From positions 399,552 through 463,551 of the forward strand of contig CAVQXB010000004.1 of the NCBI GenBank assembly GCA_963717885.1: a stretch of 64,000 nt of DNA. Reading direction: 5' to 3'. The translations under genes were made by a program, and so were the position numbers. Numbering within the stretch: the stretch's first letter is position 1; each line of letters starts with the position of its first letter. Origin of the DNA: an uncultured Acidimicrobiaceae bacterium. Lineage in GTDB: Bacteria; Actinomycetota; Acidimicrobiia; Acidimicrobiales; RAAP-2. Positions 54,464-63,103 of the stretch are shown here, piece by piece. A model generated the notes under the pieces. It was not told the origin of the DNA. It saw only the letters and a list, made by a program, of their open reading frames with translations, and made no database searches.

Positions 54464-55159
54464 GATGGGTGCCCCTTCTCTGTTCTTCCGTCGTCACGCC
54501 ATCGGGGCGTCACTCGTCGAGCGTGGCCACTCGATGCCCGACGGCCCGATCCGGCCGGCCGCCCGCCAGCGGCTCTTCCTGACCCGGCTCTGATAGTAGT
54601 GACCGGGCAGCACGATGTATCGGCAGGCAGGGCGGAGGGTTACCAGCGACGGGATCCTCTGCCGCCCTCCAGACCCGGGGCCGGACCGGCGAACGACCCC
54701 ACCGGGGGCCCGACCGCCGGCCCGGGCGCCCTGCGTCCACCAGGAGGGACGTGGCTCTGCCGGCGAACCGTAGGGGGAGTGACTACTGCAGGGCCCGTCT
54801 CTGCCCGCTCCAGAAGGGCAAGGAACGGCCGCCGGCCTCTTGCGCCTGCCGCCTGAACTCCCCTCGGGCTTGGGCCCTTGGACCCTGTTGCAGGTCCAGG
54901 CGTCGGTGCAATCTAGAACTGTGGCCGGGCTGCGGTGGCAGTTGCATGACCTCCATCAGCGGCGGTCGCCGTGGCTGGCCACCTCGGCAAGGGGCAGGTG
55001 GGAGAACCATGCGCAGTGCTGCTGGTCCCGAAGCGGCAACTCCTGGGGCCAAGGCCGGAGATCGAAAAAAGACGGCGCATCTGGGACCTTCGGCCCTGGG
55101 GAGGATAACGGCCGGGGTGGACCATGAAAGGAGGACCACGAGAGGAATGGGAGGTAGTC

Positions 55160-55327
55160 ATGAAGCACACGCACGCCGATCACCGGCTCTTGGCTGACAT
55201 GAACGAGGCGGACCGCCTCGACCGCCTGCGCCACATCCTTGAGATCTTGGAGGCGGAGGACTCACCTCATTTCAACTTCTACGCCCACCGGCACCCCGAA
55301 GAAGCCGGACGCCTCGTCCACCAGTGA
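55160..55327 (+). CDS. Small hypothetical protein (55 aa, His/acid-rich)
   Basis: The ATG is preceded by GGGAGG at a 6-nt spacing. The product is MKHTHADHRLLADMNEADRLDRLRHILEILEAEDSPHFNFYAHRHPEEAGRLVHQ. I recognise no family. Confidence 0.35.
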   Translation: MKHTHADHRLLADMNEADRLDRLRHILEILEAEDSPHFNFYAHRHPEEAGRLVHQ

Positions 55328-55445
55328 CTGGGCGGCACCGGGCACGTCAGGCGGATCGTCCCTCGGTCCGGTCGTGGGCCTGTACTTCCTCCTCACAATC
55401 CAGGTGGAGGACACCCAGCCATGCCGACGGCAAGGGACGAGATCG

Positions 55446-55745
55446 TTACGCGTCCGGCGGGCTGAGTGTCCAAGCAGCAACGACCAATGGCGGCAACTCG
55501 TCGTCATTGCGCACAGGTTGGTAGCCAGCAGCCCGCAGGCGCTCCTCAAAGTGGTCGATTACCGCCTCGAGATCTGAATCCCGCCAATCAAAGGAGGGGT
55601 CGCCAACATCGTGGCGAGATGAGAACTCATGGACGACCGGGCCAGAATCAATCAGTACGAAAGTTACATACCACCTGTTCTCTGACGCCGACAGTTCCGC
55701 CCGGGTCGCCGAATAGTGGAACTTCAATTCCATGCTGGAACCCAC
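55446..55745 (-). CDS. Hypothetical protein (about 95 aa)
   Basis: ORF-track 99 aa. MELKFHYSATRAELSASENRWYVTFVLIDSGPVVHEFSS...LEAVIDHFEERLRAAGYQPV looks globular. I recognise no family. Confidence 0.45.
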   Translation of the reverse strand: MGSSMELKFHYSATRAELSASENRWYVTFVLIDSGPVVHEFSSRHDVGDPSFDWRDSDLEAVIDHFEERLRAAGYQPVRNDDELPPLVVAAWTLSPPDA

Positions 55746-55777
55746 TTTCGAATTGTCCGCACCTGCCGTCGGGCTGT

Positions 55778-55945
55778 CTATGACGCTTTACGGTGTCCGG
55801 CATCCACCCACTCGAAACCGCAGATCCAACACTGTTTGACCCACCGATCAGCAGTACCTCCCGCTGGCGTAGGCCGCTGCACCTCGTCGGTGCTCCCGAT
55901 CGAACCGCAGCTGACACAAACGATGGGATTCTGCTCCTTGCTCAT
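55778..55945 (-). CDS. Zinc-ribbon mini-protein (55 aa, CxxC...CxxC)
   Basis: The ATG at 55945 is preceded by GGAGG. The product is MSKEQNPIVCVSCGSIGSTDEVQRPTPAGGTADRWVKQCWICGFEWVDAGHRKAS. It lies directly upstream of, and co-directional with, 55446..55745. Confidence 0.5.
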   Translation of the reverse strand: MSKEQNPIVCVSCGSIGSTDEVQRPTPAGGTADRWVKQCWICGFEWVDAGHRKAS

Positions 55946-56371
55946 CTTGGCCTCCGAGGTGCACATTCCCCCTTAGTCCGACTGTGAGCCTGCTGCTCCG
56001 GCCGATCAAGAGTCTTGAGACTCTAAAGGTCACCGTCTGAACGCAGGCCCACCCCTCCATCGGGCGAATCGGCGGATCCGCGGCAAGGCGGCCTGATCGA
56101 CATGTTGCAGACATCTTCCGGCTGGGCGTCGCTCAGGGATCGGACATCACGGCTACTTTTGCTGCAGAGACCACACCACCTTGGAATGGCCGTCGATCAG
56201 TGGGCCGTTGTTCCGCTACTGACGGAGCAGGCGTCGGCGGACCATTGAACTGCCGCTTTAGTCGCGGCGACGGTCGGGATCGGAAGATCTGGCCCAGGGG
56301 GTCGGCCTGGCCAACCACGTCCCTGTGAATACGGCCTCGTCGGCGACTTGACATAGAAAGAGAGGGCGATC

Positions 56372-57601
56372 GTGCGAATCCTCCTCAGCGATGGGTCCGG
56401 CTTGACCGCAAGACAGGTGGCCACGCAGCTGTCGACGGCTGGTCATACGGTTGAAGTTCTTAGTCCCGATCCCATCGCACTGACCCGATTCACCCGCCAC
56501 GTCAGGCGGGTGCACCGAGTTCCGCCGTACGGAGATCACCCATTTGTCTGGCTGGAAGCTGCACTCTCGATCTACAGCTCCAACCATTTTGACGTACTAC
56601 TTCCGACCCAAGAGCAGGTTGCCGTGCTATCGAGGTGCTCGGATCGGCTGCTCTCGACGGGTGTCTCATGCCCGGTCCCTTCCTTCGTCGCTCTCAAGCG
56701 AGTCCAAGACAAGCTGGCAGCCTCCGAGACTCTGACCGGGCTGGGTCTCGCGCAGCCGGAGACTCACGTTGTAACCAGCGCCACCGAGCTGGCGGCGTGG
56801 GATCAGTTCCCAATCTTCGTAAAGACGCCGATCGGTACGGCTTCTTCCGGAGTGGCGCACGTTGCGCATCAGGCATCACTCGTGGCCCTGGCAGGCGAGT
56901 GGAACTCATCCGGAGTCTTTGAGAGTGGTGGCGTCCTGGTCCAGACTCCGGCAGAGGGTCCGCTGACCATGATTCAATCCGTATTCTCGAGTGGCCGGCT
57001 ACTGGCCTTTCACGCCAACCTGAGAGTCCGAGAAGGCGCAGGTGGTGGAGCTAGTCACAAGAGAAGCATTGTCTTGCCAGAAGTCCGAGAGGACCTCGTA
57101 AAGCTTGGTGGTCATCTTGGTTGGCACGGTGCGCTGTCAGTCGATGCGATTCTCACAGAGACCGGTCCTCTGTACATCGACGTCAACCCTCGCCTGGTCG
57201 AACCGGGCAATGCCTGGCGAGCAGGAGTCGACCTTGTCACTCCCCTTCTACAGATCGCCCACTACCAGGATCTCGCCACCCAGCAACAGGGTGCCGAAGG
57301 GATTGCAACCCACCAGCTCATGCTGGCGGTACTGGGGGCTGCCCAGCATCGTCACACGAGACGAGCCATCTGCTCTGAGCTGTTCTCGGCACTTACGCGT
57401 CGAGGAAGCTACAGGGGCAGCGCTGAAGAGCTGACTCCGGTTCAGACTGACCTTCGGACCGTCATTCCAGTAGCAGTGGCTTCACTTGCGACCCTTGTCA
57501 GTCCGGACCTCTGGCAGAAGTTCTCTTCCGGCGCAGTCTCCAACTATGCGCTGACGCCCGGTGGGTGGCACGAAATACTTGAGTGCGGATCGGGTTGCTG
57601 A
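56372..57601 (+). CDS. ATP-grasp domain protein
   Basis: Intact 409-aa ORF with a GTG start. It has a Rossmann-like N-terminus (MRILLSDGSGLTARQVATQLSTAGHTV), FPIFVKTPIGTASSGV and ALSVDAILTETGPLYIDVNPRLVEPGNA. Confidence 0.75.
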   Translation: MRILLSDGSGLTARQVATQLSTAGHTVEVLSPDPIALTRFTRHVRRVHRVPPYGDHPFVWLEAALSIYSSNHFDVLLPTQEQVAVLSRCSDRLLSTGVSCPVPSFVALKRVQDKLAASETLTGLGLAQPETHVVTSATELAAWDQFPIFVKTPIGTASSGVAHVAHQASLVALAGEWNSSGVFESGGVLVQTPAEGPLTMIQSVFSSGRLLAFHANLRVREGAGGGASHKRSIVLPEVREDLVKLGGHLGWHGALSVDAILTETGPLYIDVNPRLVEPGNAWRAGVDLVTPLLQIAHYQDLATQQQGAEGIATHQLMLAVLGAAQHRHTRRAICSELFSALTRRGSYRGSAEELTPVQTDLRTVIPVAVASLATLVSPDLWQKFSSGAVSNYALTPGGWHEILECGSGC

Positions 57602-58120
57602 AGCTCGAGGGGGTCGGTAGGACGTTCAGATCATGTAGGCGCAGCCGACCCCAGGATGCGATCGGGCGTTTTCGGCAGCGACCTTCAAGGGGCAGTTGCA
57701 GTTCCTTGGGCATTTTCACCGGGAACGGGTGAGACCCATGGTCGAAGGGGGAATGGTCGCCTGCCAAACTCCACCCGCCTCCTCTGATCGGTCGTGCTCG
57801 CCTTAGGGATCTCTTCGTCGAGGCTGCCCGCCTCGATGTCGGCGCCATGCGGCGCACGACGAGCGGTGATCGACGTATTGGTCCCCGGATCCAGGCATTC
57901 CCAGCAACCGACACAGTGTCCGTCCGCTCCTGGGAGCGCTCCCACCTCATCTCCTCCCTCTGGGCCCAACCGGCTCAAGCCAAGGTGACCTGGCCCAACA
58001 GAGCAACCACCCTGGCCTGGGCTACTATGACCTTTCCGCCGTAGGAGCTGATTCAGCGTTGCTACTCCGGTTGCTTCTTGATAGGAATCGCTCGGAGGGA
58101 AACAGCCTCTGAGCAGCTAC

Positions 58121-58194
58121 GGGGGCGTAGCTCAGCTGGTAGAGCGCTTGACTGGCAGTCAAGAGGTTCGTGGGTTCGAGTCCCATCGCCTCCA
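58121..58194 (+). tRNA. tRNA-Ala (anticodon GGC)
   Basis: The acceptor stem GGGGGCG/CGCCTCC carries the G3:U70 Ala identity pair. The D-arm is TAGCTCAGCTGGTAGAGC and the anticodon stem-loop is CTTGA-CTGGCAG-TCAAG. The T-arm is GGGTTCGAGTCCC and the discriminator is A. CCA is not encoded. Confidence 0.9.
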
Positions 58195-58261
58195 CTCGAA
58201 AACCGCAGGTCATGGCCATTTGTTCTTGGGCCGCACCATCCTCCGATGAATCGGGGCGGAT

Positions 58262-59406
58262 GTGAGCGGACGGGCAGCGAGTGGCGAAGGAAGTCTGTAC
58301 CAACGCAAGTCTGACGGTCTCTGGGTGGGGGCTGTCGTCTACGGCCACGACGCCAAGGGGCGGCAACTGCGTAAGACGGTCAGTGCGAAGAAGCGCTCCG
58401 ATGCCGTCCACAAGCTCCGGAAGCTTCAGGAGAACCTCGACAAGGTTTGCCGCCTTCTGACGACCGTCTGACGGTGACGGTGCTGTTCGAGGGCTGGTTG
58501 GAGCAAGTGTTGCCACTCCGGGTTCAACCAGCCACAGCCGCCAACCACTCATCACTGTTCAAGACGCACATCTAACCTGGCCTCGGACGGAAAAGGCTGG
58601 CCAATCTGCAGCCGGACGACGTGCAACAGTTCGTGAATCAGAAGCTCGATGAAGGCCTGTCCGTCCGCACGGTACGACACCTCCGAGGTCTTCTCGTGCA
58701 GGTGCTGGACTACGCAGTTCGCCAGGGGAAGGCCACTCGCAACGTTGCGGCATTGACTGACGGTCCACGCCTGGAGACAAACCAAGAGGGTCGATCACTC
58801 ACTGTCGAGCTGGCGAAGTCCCTATTGAAGGCTGTGGAGGGCGAACGACTGGAGGGGCTCTATGTGCTCATGCTGGCCACTGGTGTGAGGCCAGGCGAGG
58901 CCTTCGGACTTCCATGGAGCAACGTTGACCTTGAAGCCGGGCAGGTGACGATCAAGCAGACGCTCGTCCGACAGAAAGGCGGAAATGAGATCGGTCCGGG
59001 GAAGATCGGCAGGCGGGGTTGGCGGACAGTCCAGATTCCAGAGCCAGTCGTCGAGGCCCTCATCGTTCATCGTGACCGCCAGGACAAAGAGCGAGTCGAG
59101 GCGGATGATGCTTGGGAAGAGCACGGACTCGTTTTCAGTACCCCCATCGGCACGCTGCTCGACCCCGACAATCATCGGAAGGCATTTGCAAGACTGACCG
59201 AGAAGGCGGGCATCGGCCGGTGGCATCCCCATGAGCTACGCCACCCGGCCACGTCAATCATGCTTGCGCAGGGTGTGCCTATCGAGGTCGTGTCCAATGT
59301 TCTCGGACACACGTCAATCAGGATCACCGCTGACGTCTACGGACACCTCCTTGACGAACAGAAAGCACAGACCGCAAACGCAATGGAGTCCGCCCTCTGG
59401 AGTTAA
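58262..59406 (+). pseudogene. Tyrosine recombinase/phage-type integrase, disrupted (frame change near 58445 and in-frame TAA at 58571-58573)
   Basis: The N-terminus is GSLYQRKSDGLWVGAVVYGHDAKGRQLRKTVSAKKRSDAVHKLRKLQ. A shifted frame gives LTVTVLFEGWLEQVL...LFKTHI(stop)PGLGRKRLANLQPDDVQQF. ORF 58621..59406 has the catalytic domain (ATGVRPGEAFGLPW...WHPHELRHPATSIMLAQG...LGHTSIRITADVYGHL). Confidence 0.8.
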
Positions 59407-59473
59407 CGATCAGTTCGTGACTTTTTCCGGCTGGTCGAAATGGGAAGGTCTGGCCCACCTGATGAACTTGCGT

Positions 59474-60189
59474 TCAATGTTGAACCTGGCCCTTGGACCA
59501 AGCATTTCTGTAGGTGAGGTTCACATCCGGATCAGGCCGTTCGCCGCCGATCTCGAAGACGTTCTCAAACTTATTCTGCCCACCTACGTCTCCATAGCGG
59601 AGACACAGGTGCAGGAAATACCCGGCACTGACGAAGGAGTGAACAGTATTCTCTGCCGCTCCCTTCGATGAATCGATGGCGAACACGACATTGGCTCGAT
59701 CTCCCGGGGCCATCACCCTTGAACTGACCCCACCAGGAAAGTAGTCAGCCCATCCCGGTAGGTCCCTGAGGCATCCACCTTCGTCACCGTTCTCAATCAC
59801 GGCAACCCCCGATCCGACATTGCGAATCTTGACTACATCCCATGCACTCGTATCCAAGAACCAGACTTTGGCGACGGCGAAGTCCTGCCGGGTGTGGGCC
59901 GGCCCTCGGCAGTGAAGGGTCGAGTGCGCTCGGGGTCCCACCGTTCTGATTGACCGGTAGGCAGCAGGAATGGCTCTCGATCTGCGTCGAGTGATCGTCG
60001 GGTCAGCTCTGCCAACTCACGGGTTGCTTCAGCCTGAGAGTTGGCGGCCGTGGACTCCTTCCTTGCTTCAGTGGCCACATCCCGTGTCTTGATCGCCATG
60101 TAAAGTGTGACGCCAGCGAGGCCGATCGTGGCGACGGCCGCAGCAAACTGAGCGATTCAACCCAGGGCCACCCAATCGGTTGAGGTCAT
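59474..60189 (-). CDS. Membrane-anchored hypothetical protein (at least 2 frame changes)
   Basis: MTSTDWVALG is followed, after a shift, by IAQFAAAVATIGLAGVTLYMAIKTRDVATEARKESTAANSQAEATRELAEL (a TM helix plus a helical region). ORF 59474..59941 then supplies a beta-rich C-domain (VWFLDTSAWDVVKIRNVGSGVAVIENGDEGG...). I recognise no family. Confidence 0.45.
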
Positions 60190-60303
60190 TCAGCAAAAGA
60201 TAGTTCCCCGGATTGAAGTGGCGGCGATGACCACTCACTGGACAAGTTCGGGACGCCCACCAACTTTCGTGCGAGGCCGTCGGTTCAGTGGCAAAATGCC
60301 GCC

Positions 60304-60510
60304 ATGGGTGCCGGCGAGCTTCCGTGCAGCTTCTGCGGTCTCATTCGATCAGGGGGTGTTGCTGGACCGACGCCGACTGTGTACATCTGCCCCGACTGCA
60401 TCAGGCTGAGCTACCAAATGCTCGACGGGCCGCCGCTTCACGATCCCGCACTCGACACACCTGAGGCCATCGACAACGCCAAATGTGGAAGGGCCGAGCT
60501 GGTGCAATGA
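60304..60510 (+). CDS. Stand-alone ClpX-type C4 zinc-finger protein (68 aa)
   Basis: LPCSFCGLIRSGGVAGPTPTVYICPDCIRLSYQML follows the ClpX N-terminal zinc-binding-domain pattern CSFCG...x...YIC.xC. There is no AAA+ module. Confidence 0.6.
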   Translation: MGAGELPCSFCGLIRSGGVAGPTPTVYICPDCIRLSYQMLDGPPLHDPALDTPEAIDNAKCGRAELVQ

Positions 60511-60583
60511 AAGAAGCAGATTGGGTACGTTTCCTGGGACGTCAGTGACGGTCGTTGCGACCCGCTTCCCGCAAGCGATCGGC

Positions 60584-60931
60584 TCACGACAATCCTTCGA
60601 TGATCTGGATCACCTCATCCGGGCGGTAGCCCTGGGTCCTACAGAAGTCGACCAAGTCCCTGACCCGCTTGACCACCGCACTGCGCTCCGGGGTCCCCGC
60701 CACGGTGATGCCCCTCCCCCGCTGGAAATCGAGTAACCCCTCGTCCCGAAGAATGCGGAGAGCCCGCAGCACGGTGTTCTTGTTGACCCCCAGAACGGCC
60801 GCCATGTCCTTGGCCAAGGGCAGGCGCTCCCCCGGTCCAGCCTCACCGTCGGCGATGGCACGGCGGATCTCAGCGGCCACTTGATCGTGAAGAGGCAACC
60901 CCTCAGTGCGGTCGATGTTGACATCAAACAT
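60584..60931 (-). CDS. Short GntR-family (YtrA-like) transcriptional regulator
   Basis: The product has MFDVNIDRTEGLPLHDQVAAEIRRAIADGEAGPGERLPLAKDMAAVLGVNKNTVLRALRILRDEGLLDFQRGRGITV. The C-terminal region is short, about 35 aa. Confidence 0.8.
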   Translation of the reverse strand: MFDVNIDRTEGLPLHDQVAAEIRRAIADGEAGPGERLPLAKDMAAVLGVNKNTVLRALRILRDEGLLDFQRGRGITVAGTPERSAVVKRVRDLVDFCRTQGYRPDEVIQIIEGLS

Positions 60932-60935
60932 GGTG

Positions 60936-60945
60936 CTATGCATAG
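60936..60945. promoter_or_regulatory. Perfect 10-bp palindrome CTATGCATAG in the 47-bp GntR/paralog-1 divergent spacer
   Basis: Read directly. It is a candidate operator by position only. Confidence 0.3.
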
Positions 60946-60978
60946 TAGTCCTATGAACCTTGGAATACGAGGTCTGGC

Positions 60979-62109
60979 ATGACCCTTCTCGGTGCACCTC
61001 CCGCAAGACCAACGGGAGTCGATACCGAGTTGCTCTTCCGGGAGGCCCGACAACGACGCAGGCGGAGGTGGTTGATCGCCGTAATCGTCAGCGTCGTCAT
61101 CATCGTGATCATCGCTGTCTCATGGATCATGCTCACCAGTGGAACTGGAGTTCGGAGCATTCCTGCTCAGACTCACCGAGGCCCGACCGCAGGGGCGAGG
61201 GCCGATCCCCTGCCGAGACAAATGGTGGTTGTCGATTTCACTGTTGGGTCCCAAGAGCTTTCAGTGATTTCCTCCACCTCTGGTCACGTGCAGAGGAGCC
61301 TGACCTCGGCGGTTGGAACCTTCGATGGGACTACCCAAGCAACTGTCGCTCGGTCGGGCATTGTCTTTTTTGACCACGCCGGTCGAGCAGGCAGTGAACC
61401 GAGTGAACAGATCTGGAGTGTTCCCCTCTCCGGGGGTCGTTCCACCTTCGTCGCCGATGGGCACACCCCGATGGTCAGTCCCAACGGAACGTTCCTCGCA
61501 TATTTGACCTGGACGGCACTGACGAACGCCCCAGCTTCGATCGTGGTGATGAACATCACTACGGGAGCCACCACCACGTGGAGCTACTCGACCAACGTGC
61601 CGGAGATCAGCGACCTCTCATGGGCACCAAACTCTCAGTCGTTGGTCTTTACCACGACCACTCCTGTCGGAGGTTCGTGGACGTACGGTGCCTGGTCAGT
61701 TCCGCTGTCCAGCCCGAGCCGATCGCTCGATGCTGCTCAGCCCATCCGACTCCTCCCCCATGCGTTCTGGGTCGGCTATGTGAACCCTGCTCAGGCGATG
61801 GAAGTCCTCGTCCGTAAGAACTTCCTTGATCAGGGAGACTGGTTTCAGCCCATCGTCGTGGATGTAGCTACTGGTCGGGTAGCCAAGCGCCTGCCCGTCG
61901 TTGCCGGACAGTCGGAGGGCGGCCTTCCAGGCAGTAGCGGGCAATGGCAGATCGACCCGAGTGGCCACTATGTCGCACTTATCAAGCAGCGCAGCCTGCC
62001 GAATGACGCTGGCACCGTAACTGATCTCTACCGATGGACAATCAACGGCGGACATCCGACAATCGTCAGACGAGGCGTGTGGGGACCTGCTTGGGTGCCG
62101 GGCTCCTAG
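60979..62109 (+). CDS. Membrane-anchored protein, shared N-terminal LLFREARRRRRRW motif + PD40/TolB-like beta-propeller ectodomain (paralog 1)
   Basis: Intact 376-aa ORF. The N-terminus is MTLLGAPPARPTGVDTELLFREARQRRRRRWLIAVIVSVVIIVIIAV. Propeller-type repeats are VSPNGTFLAY, WAPNSQSLVF and IDPSGHYVAL. Confidence 0.7.
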   Translation: MTLLGAPPARPTGVDTELLFREARQRRRRRWLIAVIVSVVIIVIIAVSWIMLTSGTGVRSIPAQTHRGPTAGARADPLPRQMVVVDFTVGSQELSVISSTSGHVQRSLTSAVGTFDGTTQATVARSGIVFFDHAGRAGSEPSEQIWSVPLSGGRSTFVADGHTPMVSPNGTFLAYLTWTALTNAPASIVVMNITTGATTTWSYSTNVPEISDLSWAPNSQSLVFTTTTPVGGSWTYGAWSVPLSSPSRSLDAAQPIRLLPHAFWVGYVNPAQAMEVLVRKNFLDQGDWFQPIVVDVATGRVAKRLPVVAGQSEGGLPGSSGQWQIDPSGHYVALIKQRSLPNDAGTVTDLYRWTINGGHPTIVRRGVWGPAWVPGS

Positions 62110-62176
62110 TGGAAGAGCATCGTCCTCACCCCGTGGACAACTTTTGTCGCTCAGCATCGACCCGGCAAGTACTGAA

Positions 62177-63103
62177 ATGACGATCACAGACGTTCCCGCC
62201 GAGCTTGTCGAAATTGACGAATCCCAACTCCTGTTCAGGGAAGCGAGACGTCGGCGTCGCCAGAGGTGGCTCAGTACTGTGATCGTCCTCGTTGTCATCA
62301 CTGCCCTCGTGATTGGAGTAGTGGTTTCAGCGGGTGGGAAGGGTGGTCTGCGGAATCCGACCAATGTGCCGACGAGGACTAAGCGATTCATTCCCCCCGC
62401 TACGAGCAAGAGGGGCGTCACGAGCATGATGCTGAGGCTGCCTGACGGGCGGGGACTCGACCTCAGCTATCCAGAATCACTGGATCTGGCCCAGTCCACT
62501 CTCACCGCCGGTGGTCAAGTTGATTGGCCTGCTCAGAACGGACCGCTGACCTGTTGCGGCACATACGTTGCCCCCTACTACGGGACCGTGGCATCGGTCT
62601 TCAATGGGAAACCCCTTGCTGTCTACCAGGGAGTGCACGGTCAGGCCGTTCCCTACTATGGCGGAACCCAGGAACGATTCCCGCTCCTCTATTCCAACAT
62701 GGACTACCTGGTCTTCCAGTTCGGTCCATGGGTGGTCCTGGTCGGGGACATGGTTCATTCTTCGTACGGGACGGCCAGGATGACGAATAGAGAACGGGCT
62801 ACATGGGCTCGCTCCTTTGACGCACATGTCACCACCGGCGGCTACCTCGTCTACCACCCACATCTCCCCTTAACTGTGTCTCGTGGACCCATCGACATCG
62901 TGTTGAGCCACCTTGGCGATTCACTTGAAATCAGCGGGCCGGTTGGGTGCACGGCCTCATTGGCGTTACCGACTGTCAATGCTGGGATTACCTCATGGTG
63001 TGACCCTCGATCGGAGGTCAGAGTCGCAGCCACCGGGACCACTGCATTTACGCATGCGGTCGCATCGGGCTTGCGCATCACAACGCTACGACCGATCTCC
63101 TAG
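62177..63103 (+). CDS. Membrane-anchored protein, same N-terminal motif + unassigned ectodomain (paralog 2)
   Basis: The ORF track starts at a TTG at 62144. The ATG at 62177 gives MTITDVPAELVEIDESQLLFREARRRRRQRWLSTVIVLVVITALVIGVVV, in the same register as paralogs 1 and 3. Confidence 0.65.
   Translation: MTITDVPAELVEIDESQLLFREARRRRRQRWLSTVIVLVVITALVIGVVVSAGGKGGLRNPTNVPTRTKRFIPPATSKRGVTSMMLRLPDGRGLDLSYPESLDLAQSTLTAGGQVDWPAQNGPLTCCGTYVAPYYGTVASVFNGKPLAVYQGVHGQAVPYYGGTQERFPLLYSNMDYLVFQFGPWVVLVGDMVHSSYGTARMTNRERATWARSFDAHVTTGGYLVYHPHLPLTVSRGPIDIVLSHLGDSLEISGPVGCTASLALPTVNAGITSWCDPRSEVRVAATGTTAFTHAVASGLRITTLRPIS

Noticed and set aside
54464-55159. The ORF-free tract as a known structured RNA (RNase P RNA, tmRNA, cobalamin or glycine riboswitch).
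   Set aside because: I could not find the diagnostic motifs. There is no GAGGAAAGTCCGG-type P4 sequence. There is no tRNA-like GGGG...TCCACCA ends or tag reading frame. There is no GCCACTG B12 box. A weak resemblance (CCAGAAGGGCAAG vs the glycine-riboswitch CCGAAGGGGCAA) lacks the accompanying GGAGAG element. It is left as unexplained rather than assigned.
55966-58120. The ATP-grasp gene as the core of a graspetide/RiPP cluster.
   Set aside because: There is no adjacent short ORF with a plausible leader/core (Thr/Ser plus Asp/Glu-rich) sequence or a good ribosome-binding site. There are no protease or transporter genes. The flanks look non-coding. It is kept only as a low-interest flag.
58025-58555. 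ORF-track entries overlapping the tRNA and integrase N-terminus on the opposite strand (58025..58555 minus and 58078..58314 plus).
   Set aside because: They run across or antisense to a canonical tRNA-Ala and the integrase 5' end. Their products are not protein-like.
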